Virus record (IMG/VR): IMGVR_UViG_3300005611_000177
Coordinates: 1 to 25,365 of that record
DNA: 25,365 nucleotides
DNA from: a virus
Lineage: Duplodnaviria > Caudoviricetes
Reading direction: 5' to 3' (one strand)
Part shown: positions 1-8,789 of the stretch, piece by piece
Position numbering within the stretch: the stretch's first letter is position 1
Layout of the letters: every line of letters begins with the position of its first letter
Translations under genes and position numbers: made by a program
Notes under the pieces: generated by a model
What the model saw: the letters and a program-made list of their open reading frames with translations, nothing else
Databases searched by the model: none
Told to the model about the DNA's origin: nothing

Positions 1-2477
1 GCCTGCCTCCCGCCGCGGGAGTCCGACCGACCGCCCAGCGGGTTCTGCGGCCCGCTGACGAAGTATCCGCGAGCGTCGGCGGGGTTGCCGACGGTGAGGC
101 GGTTGCCCCACAGCGTGATGCGCGCGGGCGCGCTTGCTGCGTCCTGCACATAAACATAGTTCGCAACAGTAGTAGATGTCGCGCTGTAGTCGGTTAGCGT
201 TATGCGATACCGCCACCATCCTTCTGCGCCGATCTGCTGCTGGTCAACATTATCAGCCAGCGTATACCCAGGACCGGATGTCGCATAGACACTGATGCCA
301 TTAGCGCCGCCCGCCTGATTGAGGCCGACCCTCACGCGCTCCGTCCCAACCGAGCCAGCGTTCATGTACATATACAGGTTGCCTTGGGTCGTCCACTTAG
401 CATTCGAATGGTTGACCCATATCTCCCAGGTCCATGTGCCGCCTGTCGTAGGGATCGGCTGGTTCTGGGTATACAGCGCCGAGTTCGAAGTGTCGTCGCG
501 CTGCTGCTGCCAAGCCGAGAGCGTTCCGTCTGGAGCGGGCAGCGCACTACGCTCCAATGTAGACACGGGGTCTATGTACCAGTCGCCAATGTTCGGTAGA
601 GGGTGCCAGTTCTTCCCCCTCGCCACCCAGTCGCCGTAGCGGAGGGCGGGGGACCAGAGGGTGTAGACATCACCGTTGGACGAGTAGATCGGCCACCAGT
701 TGAGGCTCGTCACCGTTGAATCGAAGATGTGGATGACGATGCTGACCTTGAACCAGCCTGTGTTGCCAATCTTCTCGATGCTCACATCGCGCTCTGCCGT
801 GCGCGGCTCTGCGCCAGTAGTCGTGGCGCTGTAGGACGAGATCGAGAGGTTGCCGCCCGAGTAGTTGTAGACCGGGACACGGCTCTCGCCGCTGCACCAT
901 AGGTTGCTGCGGAAGGTGCCATAGAGATCGCTGGACGGCAGGTGGATGTAGAACGATGCCGTCCAGGTCCCGGCGCTGATCCAGTAGCTGTCGGAGGAGC
1001 TAACGATACCGTTGACGCGGACATGATCGCCGCTCCCGGAGCCGCCATAGTTGAAGTCAACGGTCTGCGCGGTCAGCGTTCCATCGGGAGCCGCTATCGG
1101 GCTTGCTGCAACCGTCGCAGTCGCGGGTATCCCGTAATTGTTGAAGTCGGTGTAGTCAGTGCTTCCCGCCTTGAGCAAGTTCTCCACGCCATCATCGACC
1201 GTCAGGAGTTGCTGCCCGGTGATGTGGTTGCCCTGGTAGAAGTACCTCTCCCAGTAAGTCGCCTCCGCGTACTTGTAGTGATTGAGGTTGAGGTTGCCGC
1301 CGAGTCCGCTGTAGTCCGCCACTCGGAAACTGATCTTCCACCAATCCGTTCCCGCGATGTTCTCGTAGCGGAAGCTGTTTGCTGCGGTATACGCAGGTCC
1401 CGTCGAGGCCCCAGTGAAGCTGTTGAGCGTTACTCCGCTGCTAGCTAGAGCGTAGTTGACTTGTATGCGATTGGCGGTGCTACTCGCATATAGATCCACA
1501 AAGTAGGTGCGCGATGTCGTCTCGGCGAGCTGATACACGACATAGGTGTACTCCTGGCCGGAGTCGATGGCCGCGTTTGGGTTCCCTGGATAGGTGCCCC
1601 TGTTGAGGAAGTATCGGAAGTAGGAACCGAACCCGCCACTTGAGGTCTTCGCGGTATACGAACCGTCTGGTGCCGCAACCGTGCTTGTGACCGTAGTGTG
1701 GCCGCCCCAATTAGCTGCGATCTGATCGACCCCGAGATCGGTTAGAAGCTCTCGGCTAAACACATTCGAGAACGCCACGGTCGCCTGCTCGGTGATCTGG
1801 GGCACGCTGCTGTCCCCAACCTCGAGCACCGTCTTCACTCCATCACCGACCTCGCTGTCGATGTAGAACGAATACTGCGCCGTGTCGCCGGCCTCGATCG
1901 ACGCAGCTCCGGGCTCCGCCCACGACTCGTCCGCGAGCTCCGTGCTGTTGTCCCACTCGATCTTGTCCGCAGTCGTCGTTCCGTCAGGCGCGACATACTG
2001 ATCGCTCGTCGCCGTCGGCGCAGGGTTCGAGTCGTCCGTACCGACGATCCAGTCACCGAAGTCCAGGTAGTCCGGGGCCAGCAGGTTCGACGCATCGCGC
2101 AGCCGGTGCCAGACACCAGCCGTCGTGTCGCTGAACAAGACCTCGCAGTCGTACTGACCACCCAGCGTCGTCGAGCTCGCGCCGTCGATCGTTCCGCCGC
2201 CGGCCACGACGACCGACACCGTAGAGGTCCCAGCCGTCGTGCGCTTCAAGACCAGGCGCACATTCTGATACCGCTCGTCGCTCGAGGGATCCGGCAGCGT
2301 GATCGTCATGTGATCCGCCGGGGCCACAAGGATGTAGCGACCGAGGTCCGGATCGACAGTCGCCGAGGCGGTCAGGGTCTGGATGCTCACGCTATCGAAC
2401 GCATCGTTCAGCAGCGACCTCGACGCCGACACCAGGGTCGTCGAGGCAATCGCAGGGTGTCCCGGATGCGTCGGCAT
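1..2477 (-). CDS. Tail fibre/spike (receptor-binding) protein with four APDG-type beta modules; 3' end beyond window (>825 aa)
   Basis: Not in the ORF track because no stop lies in the window. ATG at 2477 overlaps the upstream stop (TGATG). Manual translation: MPTHPGHPAIASTTLVSASRSLLNDAF...TITLPDP...GGTIDGASSTTLGGQYD... and the same frame is still open at base 3 (...TLWGNRLTVGNPADARGYFVSGPQNPLGGRSDSRGGRQ). Rich in T/S/G/Y/W; lies downstream of the tail tip gene. Confidence 0.85.
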   Translation of the reverse strand, partial: MPTHPGHPAIASTTLVSASRSLLNDAFDSVSIQTLTASATVDPDLGRYILVAPADHMTITLPDPSSDERYQNVRLVLKRTTAGTSTVSVVVAGGGTIDGASSTTLGGQYDCEVLFSDTTAGVWHRLRDASNLLAPDYLDFGDWIVGTDDSNPAPTATSDQYVAPDGTTTADKIEWDNSTELADESWAEPGAASIEAGDTAQYSFYIDSEVGDGVKTVLEVGDSSVPQITEQATVAFSNVFSRELLTDLGVDQIAANWGGHTTVTSTVAAPDGSYTAKTSSGGFGSYFRYFLNRGTYPGNPNAAIDSGQEYTYVVYQLAETTSRTYFVDLYASSTANRIQVNYALASSGVTLNSFTGASTGPAYTAANSFRYENIAGTDWWKISFRVADYSGLGGNLNLNHYKYAEATYWERYFYQGNHITGQQLLTVDDGVENLLKAGSTDYTDFNNYGIPATATVAASPIAAPDGTLTAQTVDFNYGGSGSGDHVRVNGIVSSSDSYWISAGTWTASFYIHLPSSDLYGTFRSNLWCSGESRVPVYNYSGGNLSISSYSATTTGAEPRTAERDVSIEKIGNTGWFKVSIVIHIFDSTVTSLNWWPIYSSNGDVYTLWSPALRYGDWVARGKNWHPLPNIGDWYIDPVSTLERSALPAPDGTLSAWQQQRDDTSNSALYTQNQPIPTTGGTWTWEIWVNHSNAKWTTQGNLYMYMNAGSVGTERVRVGLNQAGGANGISVYATSGPGYTLADNVDQQQIGAEGWWRYRITLTDYSATSTTVANYVYVQDAASAPARITLWGNRLTVGNPADARGYFVSGPQNPLGGRSDSRGGRQ

Positions 2478-2896
2478 CAGGCCGTGAGCTCCCCGCTCTT
2501 GAGTCGGTTGTACCAGCCCGTCACATGGAGACGACCGATGTCCGCCGTCGCGACATGGGCCGCGATCGTGTAGGTCGATCCGGTGATGAACCGGACCCGC
2601 TCGCCGTGCAGCACCTCGACCGTCGTGTACCTCGGGATCTCGAGCGTCAGCGTCGCGTTGTCGATCGAGGGCTTGCTCGTCTCGTCCTCCGGGTTGATGA
2701 CGAGGTTGAGGACCACCGCGCTGCTGTACCCGTTGTGGATCTTGATGTGAACGCTGTCGATCACATCGTCTTGGGTCATCACATGGAGCGGCGTCACATC
2801 CGAGGCCGTCGTGAAGTCGGCGTTGATGTGGATCGGGCGACCCTTCACGGACTCGGAGAGGATCTCCGTCCGCAGCTCTTGGTTCTGGAGGCTCAT
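2477..2896 (-). CDS. Conserved hypothetical phage protein (139 aa), probable tail tip/fibre-associated beta-sandwich
   Basis: ATGA overlap with the upstream gene and TGATG with the downstream gene. The pattern LSESVKGRPI...LH...D.V.I..HN...V.G(W/Y)YNRL resembles a family I recall from environmental phages; function unknown. Confidence 0.75.
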   Translation of the reverse strand: MSLQNQELRTEILSESVKGRPIHINADFTTASDVTPLHVMTQDDVIDSVHIKIHNGYSSAVVLNLVINPEDETSKPSIDNATLTLEIPRYTTVEVLHGERVRFITGSTYTIAAHVATADIGRLHVTGWYNRLKSGELTA

Positions 2897-5800
2897 TGGA
2901 ACATCTCGTGCAGGATGAACTCACGCATCGGCGTCTGGTCCTCGAGGCTCATGCGCGGCGGCGTGACCCGAGTGTGGAACTTGAGGATCCGGACATTCTG
3001 GTTCGCGTGGTGACGACGGACTCGCAGCCTGAACTGGATGTCCACGAAGCTGTAGATGCTCGGAGTGTAGTCTCGCCAGCTCCCCCATCCAGAGCTCGTG
3101 CCGTCCCGGTTGACCCGGAACTGGATCTCGAGCTCCGGGTTCGACGGCTCGGCAGGCACCGTGCTCCGAGGACCCTCCCAGGTCCAACGGTCGTAGAGCA
3201 GGTCCCCGTAGGCCCAGGTCGCGTCGCCCCAGGTTTCCTGGTTCTCGGCGTAGGCTTCGACCCACGCCTCGACGAAGTGCCGGCGCGGCTGGCGGAACTG
3301 CTCGAGGGTCAGGATCGCGCCCTGGTCCCGCTCGCTGGTGTACGCCGTCTCCCAGGTCAGGGAGGTCGAGGCTGCCGTGTAGACGAGCTCGCCGTCGGCG
3401 TTCTCCTCGAACTCCGGCCCGATGAGCGCCGAGCCGGGGGTCGGCACCGCCGGCTCCCAGCCGTTCGCGTCGTAGTCCTCCCACGCCTGGTCCGGAGCCG
3501 TACCGTCGAAGGGCAGGGTGTCGCCGTCCACGGTCGGGTTGAAGGTCAGCGTCGCCGGCACGCCGTAGTGACCGACGCTGTTCATGGCCGCGAAGCGCAG
3601 CACCGGAGATCCGAGGGTCGAGCCAGCCCAGTCGTAGGTCGGCCCGACACGGCGCGTTCCGGCCCGCTGGCGGGCTTCCTCGCGGAAGACCTGCTGCCCG
3701 AGGATCCAGCCGCCGCCGCGCCGGCACTCGACGGACAGGAGGTCGTCGCCCGTCACCGCGTAGCCGTAGATCGCCTGGTTCTCTGCGATCACCGCAGCGA
3801 CATCGGTAGGCGTCTCGGGCGGGGCCGTCAGGCCACGGAGCTGCGCCGTGTAGACCAGCGAGGTCCCAGGAGCCCGACGCCGGCCCTTGATCGTGACGCT
3901 CTGGGCGCAGAGCTCGATGGTGTCTGCCGTCGTGCCCTGGGGCAGCGTGACCGTCGCCTGGGTGTCGAGGCCCGTCGTGCTGCCGGCGTACTGCCAGCCG
4001 CCCTCGAGTCCCTCCTTCGGACGCCAGAAGATCTCCGTCCTGCCGATGAAGGGCTTGGACGGGCGGTCGTACTCGAGCCCGATGTAGAGCGTGGCGACAT
4101 ACTGGCCGGGGCCACGGCGGACCCAGACATCGCGCAGCCCCGTGATCGTCGTCGATCCGGGCAGCATGTCCTCGTTGCCGCCGGCCTCGAGCAGCGGAGG
4201 CAGGTCGTTGTCGCCGCCCTTGTACCGGAGCAGGTTCGAGTCGGACTCGGCGGTCGCCGTGTCCTCGAAGATCAGCGCGTTGTATTCGATCCAGTCGCAC
4301 TCCCGCGTCAGGTCCTGGTTGACCTTCGTGCTCAGGATCTCGACCACGAGCTCGTCGCCGCTCTTGCAGACGAGCCAAGAGCAGTCCTCCTGGGTGAAGG
4401 TGCCCATGCCCGCAGTCGTGACGATCAGGTCGCCAGGGCTGTAGCTGCCCGCACCGCAGAGCGTCGCGTCGATGGTGCCCTCGCCGAGCTTCTCCCGGAA
4501 GTCGCGGATGTAGACCTTGTGGGCTCCGCTCGCGATCGTGAGCTCGCGGTCGAGGGCGATGGTCCTCGTGCCCGCCACGCCGACGCCAGCAGCAGCCCAG
4601 CGCCCGTAGCTCAGGTGGCAGCCCCAAACCTCGATAGTGCCCGTCGCTGCTGCGCTCGAGCCGCTCACATCGGAGGCCGGGAAGATCCGCACGATCGGAG
4701 CAGCGCCACCGTCCGTGGCGACATGGTAGGCAGAGACGGTGATGCGCCTCCAGCCCGACGCGCCGAACCGCTGGATGTGGATGGACCGGCGCTTCTCAGG
4801 CATCGTCGCCGTGGCGTACACCGAGGCGGTGCCCGTGCTCCAGTCCACGAGGTACGACGCCGTGCCGCCCGGCAGGATCAGGGCGAACAGCGTCTTGGCA
4901 GCGGTGCCCGGCTTGACCCAGATCCCGTAACTCACCCAGTCGGTGTTCAGATCCGTCGTGTCGCCGGCCTGCTCGATGTAGTTGTGCGCCGAGTTCGTGT
5001 CGTTCAGCGTGTCGGCTTCCGTCGCCGTGCCGAACGGGTTGCTCGCCGTGTTCGCCGTGACCGTGAGGCCGGCGCTCTTGGTCCAAGACCCGGTGTTGAA
5101 GGCGCTGTTGTCCGACAGCATCTCGGCCATGTAGCCGGCGTTCGCGTAGGACGCACGGATGACCCGACCGCCGGTGCCTCGAGGGATGAGGTCGTGCCCG
5201 AGGCGCACGAGGTCGCCAGGTTCGTAGGGCAGGCCCTCGGCACCGAGGGTGAACTGGCCGCTGCGCTTGAGCAGCCGGTTGATGTTGAGCTCGAAGAGCG
5301 CCTGACGCTGGGCCTGGCCCCTCGAGGTGATGCCGATGTAGTTCCTCGACTCCTTCCGCACCTCGTCGAGGCTCGCCGCGTTCGTGATGTTCGGGTCGAG
5401 GACCGTCACGGGCGACAGCTCGTAGTCCTGGTCCCGGTCGGCGATCGTCACATCGAGGGCGTTGGCCTTCTGGCTCCCGTCGGTGTAGCTGATCCGGAAG
5501 CTGTCCTTGACGATCGACGCGCTCGTCAGCACGCCGACCGGGGTCCGAGGGTACTGGTACTTCCAGCGGACCTTCGTGCCCTCGCGGATCGGGATGGCTC
5601 GCCCGACGCCAGCGACCTCGAGGATCGCGTCCCAGGCAGACTGCTCCCGGTCGAAGACGCCGTTGAACTCGTGGCGCTTCTCGCCGAGCTCGAGGATCGC
5701 GCCGGTCACGGTCGCCGTGGGCTTCGCAGCGAGGAGCCACTGGCCGCTGGTCCACGGGTCGCTCTCGTCGAGGCGGTCCCAGTAGCACTGGAAGGCCCAG

Positions 5801-8373
5801 TAGTCCACGCCCGCCGCGCTGAGTTCGTCGATGCGCCAGATCTCGTAGCCGCCGCCGGTGCTCGAGCCGACAGCGCCCTGGTTGATGTCGCTGCCCGCTG
5901 ACGGGACGACATAGCCGTGGGCGCGGATGTACGAGCCGACCTGCCAGTCCGGAGGCAGCGTCGTGTCGCTGCTGCTCTTCTTGATCGCGAAGGTGATGCC
6001 GCCGCGAGGATCGCCGGTCACGGGATCCGCGAGGCTGTTGTCGAAGAAGACATCCTCGACGGAGAGCTGCTGCCCGCCGCAGGTGAACTGCCTCGAGCCA
6101 GCATAGACAAGCTCGTCGCAGTATTCGGCCCAAGCGTAGAGCGACGGGCTCAGGCAGTCCTCGATCGCGTAGGTCGCGCCCAGGCCCCATCGCTTGTCGG
6201 TCAGGATGCCGAGGCAGATCCAGGCGGGGTTCGTCGAGTATTCGGTCGAGATCGTCGGGCTGACCGTGCTGACGCCATCCCAGACCGGGACCAGCAGGCC
6301 CTCGATCAGAGCCGTGATGCTCGGCAGCGAGCCGCTGAGCTGCTCCGTCGCGCCGGCCTGGATCGACAGGATCGGGCTGTTGGGATAGACGAGCTCGTTC
6401 TCGGTGACGGCCTGGAGCTCGACGAACTTCACATCGTCGTAGGTGTTCGTGTTCTCCGAGTCGGAGTTGATCCTCACGACCTCGACGCGGTAGCGGCTGC
6501 GCTTCGCGGTCGGCAGGGTCTGCGAGTCGTCGATCACATGGCCGTCTTCGGTGCCAGCCGTCGAGGCTCCTCCCAAGGACCACGCGGTCATCCACGGCGT
6601 GTAGCCCGTGTTCGTCGCTTGGTTCGGCCCGGTGTCGAAGGTCGCCGCCGATCCGACATGCTTGCCGGCGACATAAGCGACGGTGCCCTGGCCACCGTTG
6701 TATTGCGCCAGGATCTGCGAGTTGTTGAGCATTCCGTTGCTCTGATCTTCTCGACCATAGACGATCATCTGGTCGAAGAGATTGTCGGGCGCGGCGCTGT
6801 CCCCGATGATGTGGTTCGGGGATCCGATGTAGCCGGTGCTCGTCGAGATCGTCGGCGACCCCGGCACATTGTCGCCGGAGCTGTAGACCAGTGCCCCATT
6901 CAGCCACGCAGCGGTGTTGTAGGAGTTGTCGGCGCTGGGGCGAACAGCGACATGCGACCACTCGTCAGCGGGCAGAGCGCCGAGAGTCACCGAGGTCGTC
7001 CCGAACTGATAGACCGTGCCAGTTCGGATCCGGTAGATGAGCTTGAGCTCGCCGCCATCACGAGTCACGCCCCACCAGTTCTGATTGCCGACCAATGCCG
7101 ATGCTGGTGCAGAGATCCCGTAGTTCGGAGAGCGATACAGGAACCCATCCGCAGTCGGCTTGACCCAGAACATATAGGTCAGCTTCTGCTGGAAGCCCTG
7201 CCCGTCGGTCGCGGTCGCGTAGCCCTTGAGCGCCTTGCCCGGCGTGTAGTGCTCGTAGGTCTGCGGGTCGTAGAACGGGAGCGGAGCCTCAAGGTAGAAC
7301 GGCTCGGTGCTCTTCGCGCTCGTCAGCGCACGCGGAGGCAGGCGCACCCAGCCATCCCCGTACTCGCCGCCCGTGACGATCGGAGAGCCCAGCGCGTCGA
7401 GCTCGCGGTAGCGGATCTGGTAGGCGTAGTAGCTCGGGTCGTAGCTGCCGGTGCTCGAGTTCTGACGGAACAGGCCGCGCTCGAAGTAGAGGCGGGCGAC
7501 AGCGGAGTCCACCGCCAGGGCCGTAATGTCGATCGCCTCGCCGTAGCTGGACCAGTAGGCGTCGTTCGTCGTGTCGTACCAGCTCGTGAAGCTGTAGCCC
7601 GTTGCGTAGCTGTTGTTCGATGCGCTGGTGGTCGTCGGAGCGGTAAGCAGGAAGTCCGCCGGGTATCCGGTGCGGACAGCCTCGAACCCAGGGACGACAT
7701 CCTGCTCGTTCGAGCCGAGGCGAACCCAGCCCTCGATGCCGTCGTAGTTGTCGGCAGCGTTGCCGTTGATGTAGATCGACGGAGGCACCGCCTCGCCGAG
7801 CTCCGAACCGAATGGCGTCGCTGCCGGCGTGTCGAGAGTGATGCCGCTGATCGACTTGATCGGACCCTCGCCGAAGGAGAGCTGCTGGTAGATCGTCGAG
7901 ACTTCCGGGATGCCGATGCTGCGGATGTATTCGTTGACGACATTCCCGCCGTAGCGCACCTTCCCGAAGATGAGCGGCATCGGGATGCCTTCGGCCCTCG
8001 AGGAGTAGATCCCGTCGAAGTTGTAGAGCGGCGAGCTCCGGTCGCCGAGCTCCGGGTTGTCTCGCGTCTTCGGCCCGAACAGCAGCATCGCCGCCTTGCC
8101 GACGGCATAGGCTCCGAAGATCAGGGCGATGGTCTGGATGAATGTGACGAGAGTCAGATCCTCGGGCAGCAGGACGAAGCCCACCGTGCCGTGATCGCAG
8201 AGCGTGTCGCCCCAGTCCTCGAAGGCCACGGGCACGCCGTTGACCAGAGCCGACACCCCGTACTCGCGCCGGAGGTCGTCGGGCACGAGCTCGAGCAGCG
8301 TGGCCGGCTCTGCCTCGTAGACCTCGCGCTCGCCGAGGTTGAACGGATCACGGACAACGACGACCTGGATCAC
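2893..8373 (-). CDS. Tail tip/central fibre protein, lambda gpJ-like with an N-terminal gpI-like region and inserted domains (1826 aa)
   Basis: GTGA-coupled start. Motifs: EGIPMPLIFGKVRYGGNV, GEGPIKSI, RLGSNEQ...GF, YSTNPAW, WAEYCDELV, FNGVFD...AWDAI, GITSRGQAQR, EPGDLV. Follows the gpL and NlpC genes. Confidence 0.92.
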   Translation of the reverse strand: MIQVVVVRDPFNLGEREVYEAEPATLLELVPDDLRREYGVSALVNGVPVAFEDWGDTLCDHGTVGFVLLPEDLTLVTFIQTIALIFGAYAVGKAAMLLFGPKTRDNPELGDRSSPLYNFDGIYSSRAEGIPMPLIFGKVRYGGNVVNEYIRSIGIPEVSTIYQQLSFGEGPIKSISGITLDTPAATPFGSELGEAVPPSIYINGNAADNYDGIEGWVRLGSNEQDVVPGFEAVRTGYPADFLLTAPTTTSASNNSYATGYSFTSWYDTTNDAYWSSYGEAIDITALAVDSAVARLYFERGLFRQNSSTGSYDPSYYAYQIRYRELDALGSPIVTGGEYGDGWVRLPPRALTSAKSTEPFYLEAPLPFYDPQTYEHYTPGKALKGYATATDGQGFQQKLTYMFWVKPTADGFLYRSPNYGISAPASALVGNQNWWGVTRDGGELKLIYRIRTGTVYQFGTTSVTLGALPADEWSHVAVRPSADNSYNTAAWLNGALVYSSGDNVPGSPTISTSTGYIGSPNHIIGDSAAPDNLFDQMIVYGREDQSNGMLNNSQILAQYNGGQGTVAYVAGKHVGSAATFDTGPNQATNTGYTPWMTAWSLGGASTAGTEDGHVIDDSQTLPTAKRSRYRVEVVRINSDSENTNTYDDVKFVELQAVTENELVYPNSPILSIQAGATEQLSGSLPSITALIEGLLVPVWDGVSTVSPTISTEYSTNPAWICLGILTDKRWGLGATYAIEDCLSPSLYAWAEYCDELVYAGSRQFTCGGQQLSVEDVFFDNSLADPVTGDPRGGITFAIKKSSSDTTLPPDWQVGSYIRAHGYVVPSAGSDINQGAVGSSTGGGYEIWRIDELSAAGVDYWAFQCYWDRLDESDPWTSGQWLLAAKPTATVTGAILELGEKRHEFNGVFDREQSAWDAILEVAGVGRAIPIREGTKVRWKYQYPRTPVGVLTSASIVKDSFRISYTDGSQKANALDVTIADRDQDYELSPVTVLDPNITNAASLDEVRKESRNYIGITSRGQAQRQALFELNINRLLKRSGQFTLGAEGLPYEPGDLVRLGHDLIPRGTGGRVIRASYANAGYMAEMLSDNSAFNTGSWTKSAGLTVTANTASNPFGTATEADTLNDTNSAHNYIEQAGDTTDLNTDWVSYGIWVKPGTAAKTLFALILPGGTASYLVDWSTGTASVYATATMPEKRRSIHIQRFGASGWRRITVSAYHVATDGGAAPIVRIFPASDVSGSSAAATGTIEVWGCHLSYGRWAAAGVGVAGTRTIALDRELTIASGAHKVYIRDFREKLGEGTIDATLCGAGSYSPGDLIVTTAGMGTFTQEDCSWLVCKSGDELVVEILSTKVNQDLTRECDWIEYNALIFEDTATAESDSNLLRYKGGDNDLPPLLEAGGNEDMLPGSTTITGLRDVWVRRGPGQYVATLYIGLEYDRPSKPFIGRTEIFWRPKEGLEGGWQYAGSTTGLDTQATVTLPQGTTADTIELCAQSVTIKGRRRAPGTSLVYTAQLRGLTAPPETPTDVAAVIAENQAIYGYAVTGDDLLSVECRRGGGWILGQQVFREEARQRAGTRRVGPTYDWAGSTLGSPVLRFAAMNSVGHYGVPATLTFNPTVDGDTLPFDGTAPDQAWEDYDANGWEPAVPTPGSALIGPEFEENADGELVYTAASTSLTWETAYTSERDQGAILTLEQFRQPRRHFVEAWVEAYAENQETWGDATWAYGDLLYDRWTWEGPRSTVPAEPSNPELEIQFRVNRDGTSSGWGSWRDYTPSIYSFVDIQFRLRVRRHHANQNVRILKFHTRVTPPRMSLEDQTPMREFILHEMFQ

Positions 8374-8789
8374 CGGGCTTCCTCCTGGAGACGGTAGACA
8401 GCCTGCGCGAAGGCCAGGCGGTTCGTCGGCGTCGAGAAGACGCCGATCTGGGATCCGGCGCTCAGGGCGAGCTGGTGCTTCTCATCGACAACGACCGAGA
8501 CATGCGAACCGCTGCAACCTCGAGACAGCACGACATCGCCGAAGAGCAGGCGCTTCGTGACGCGGCCCTCGGGACAGGACTGGACCTGATCCCACGGGTG
8601 CATCTTCGGATCGCCCAGGACATTCGTGATGTAGAGCGACGCCTCGTTCTCCTTGCTCGGCAGGAACCGCGTGCTCCATCCTGCGCGGCGGAAGACCTCG
8701 CGCACGATGCCCGCGCAGTTGAAGGTGCTCGGCCCGTCGGCGTCGTACTCGTAGGGCGCGCCGATCAGGTCCTGGTAGTCAATGGTCAT
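8370..8789 (-). CDS. NlpC/P60 family tail assembly protein (lambda gpK-like C-terminal domain only, 139 aa)
   Basis: True start is probably ATG 8789 (ATGA overlap with the gpL stop), not 8972. Motifs: LIGAPY...FNCAGIVREVF...GDVVL...HVSVVV, giving the Cys/His dyad. Confidence 0.88.
   Translation of the reverse strand: MTIDYQDLIGAPYEYDADGPSTFNCAGIVREVFRRAGWSTRFLPSKENEASLYITNVLGDPKMHPWDQVQSCPEGRVTKRLLFGDVVLSRGCSGSHVSVVVDEKHQLALSAGSQIGVFSTPTNRLAFAQAVYRLQEEAR

Noticed and set aside
319-2161. Short ORFs suggesting a fragmented or recoded region
   Set aside because: All are explained by one uninterrupted minus-strand frame from 2477 running off the window; there is no sign of stop-codon reassignment.
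1-2477. Diversity-generating retroelement target or invertible fibre cassette
   Set aside because: No reverse transcriptase, invertase, adenine-mismatched repeat pair or inverted crossover sites are visible; the modules are similar only at protein motif level.
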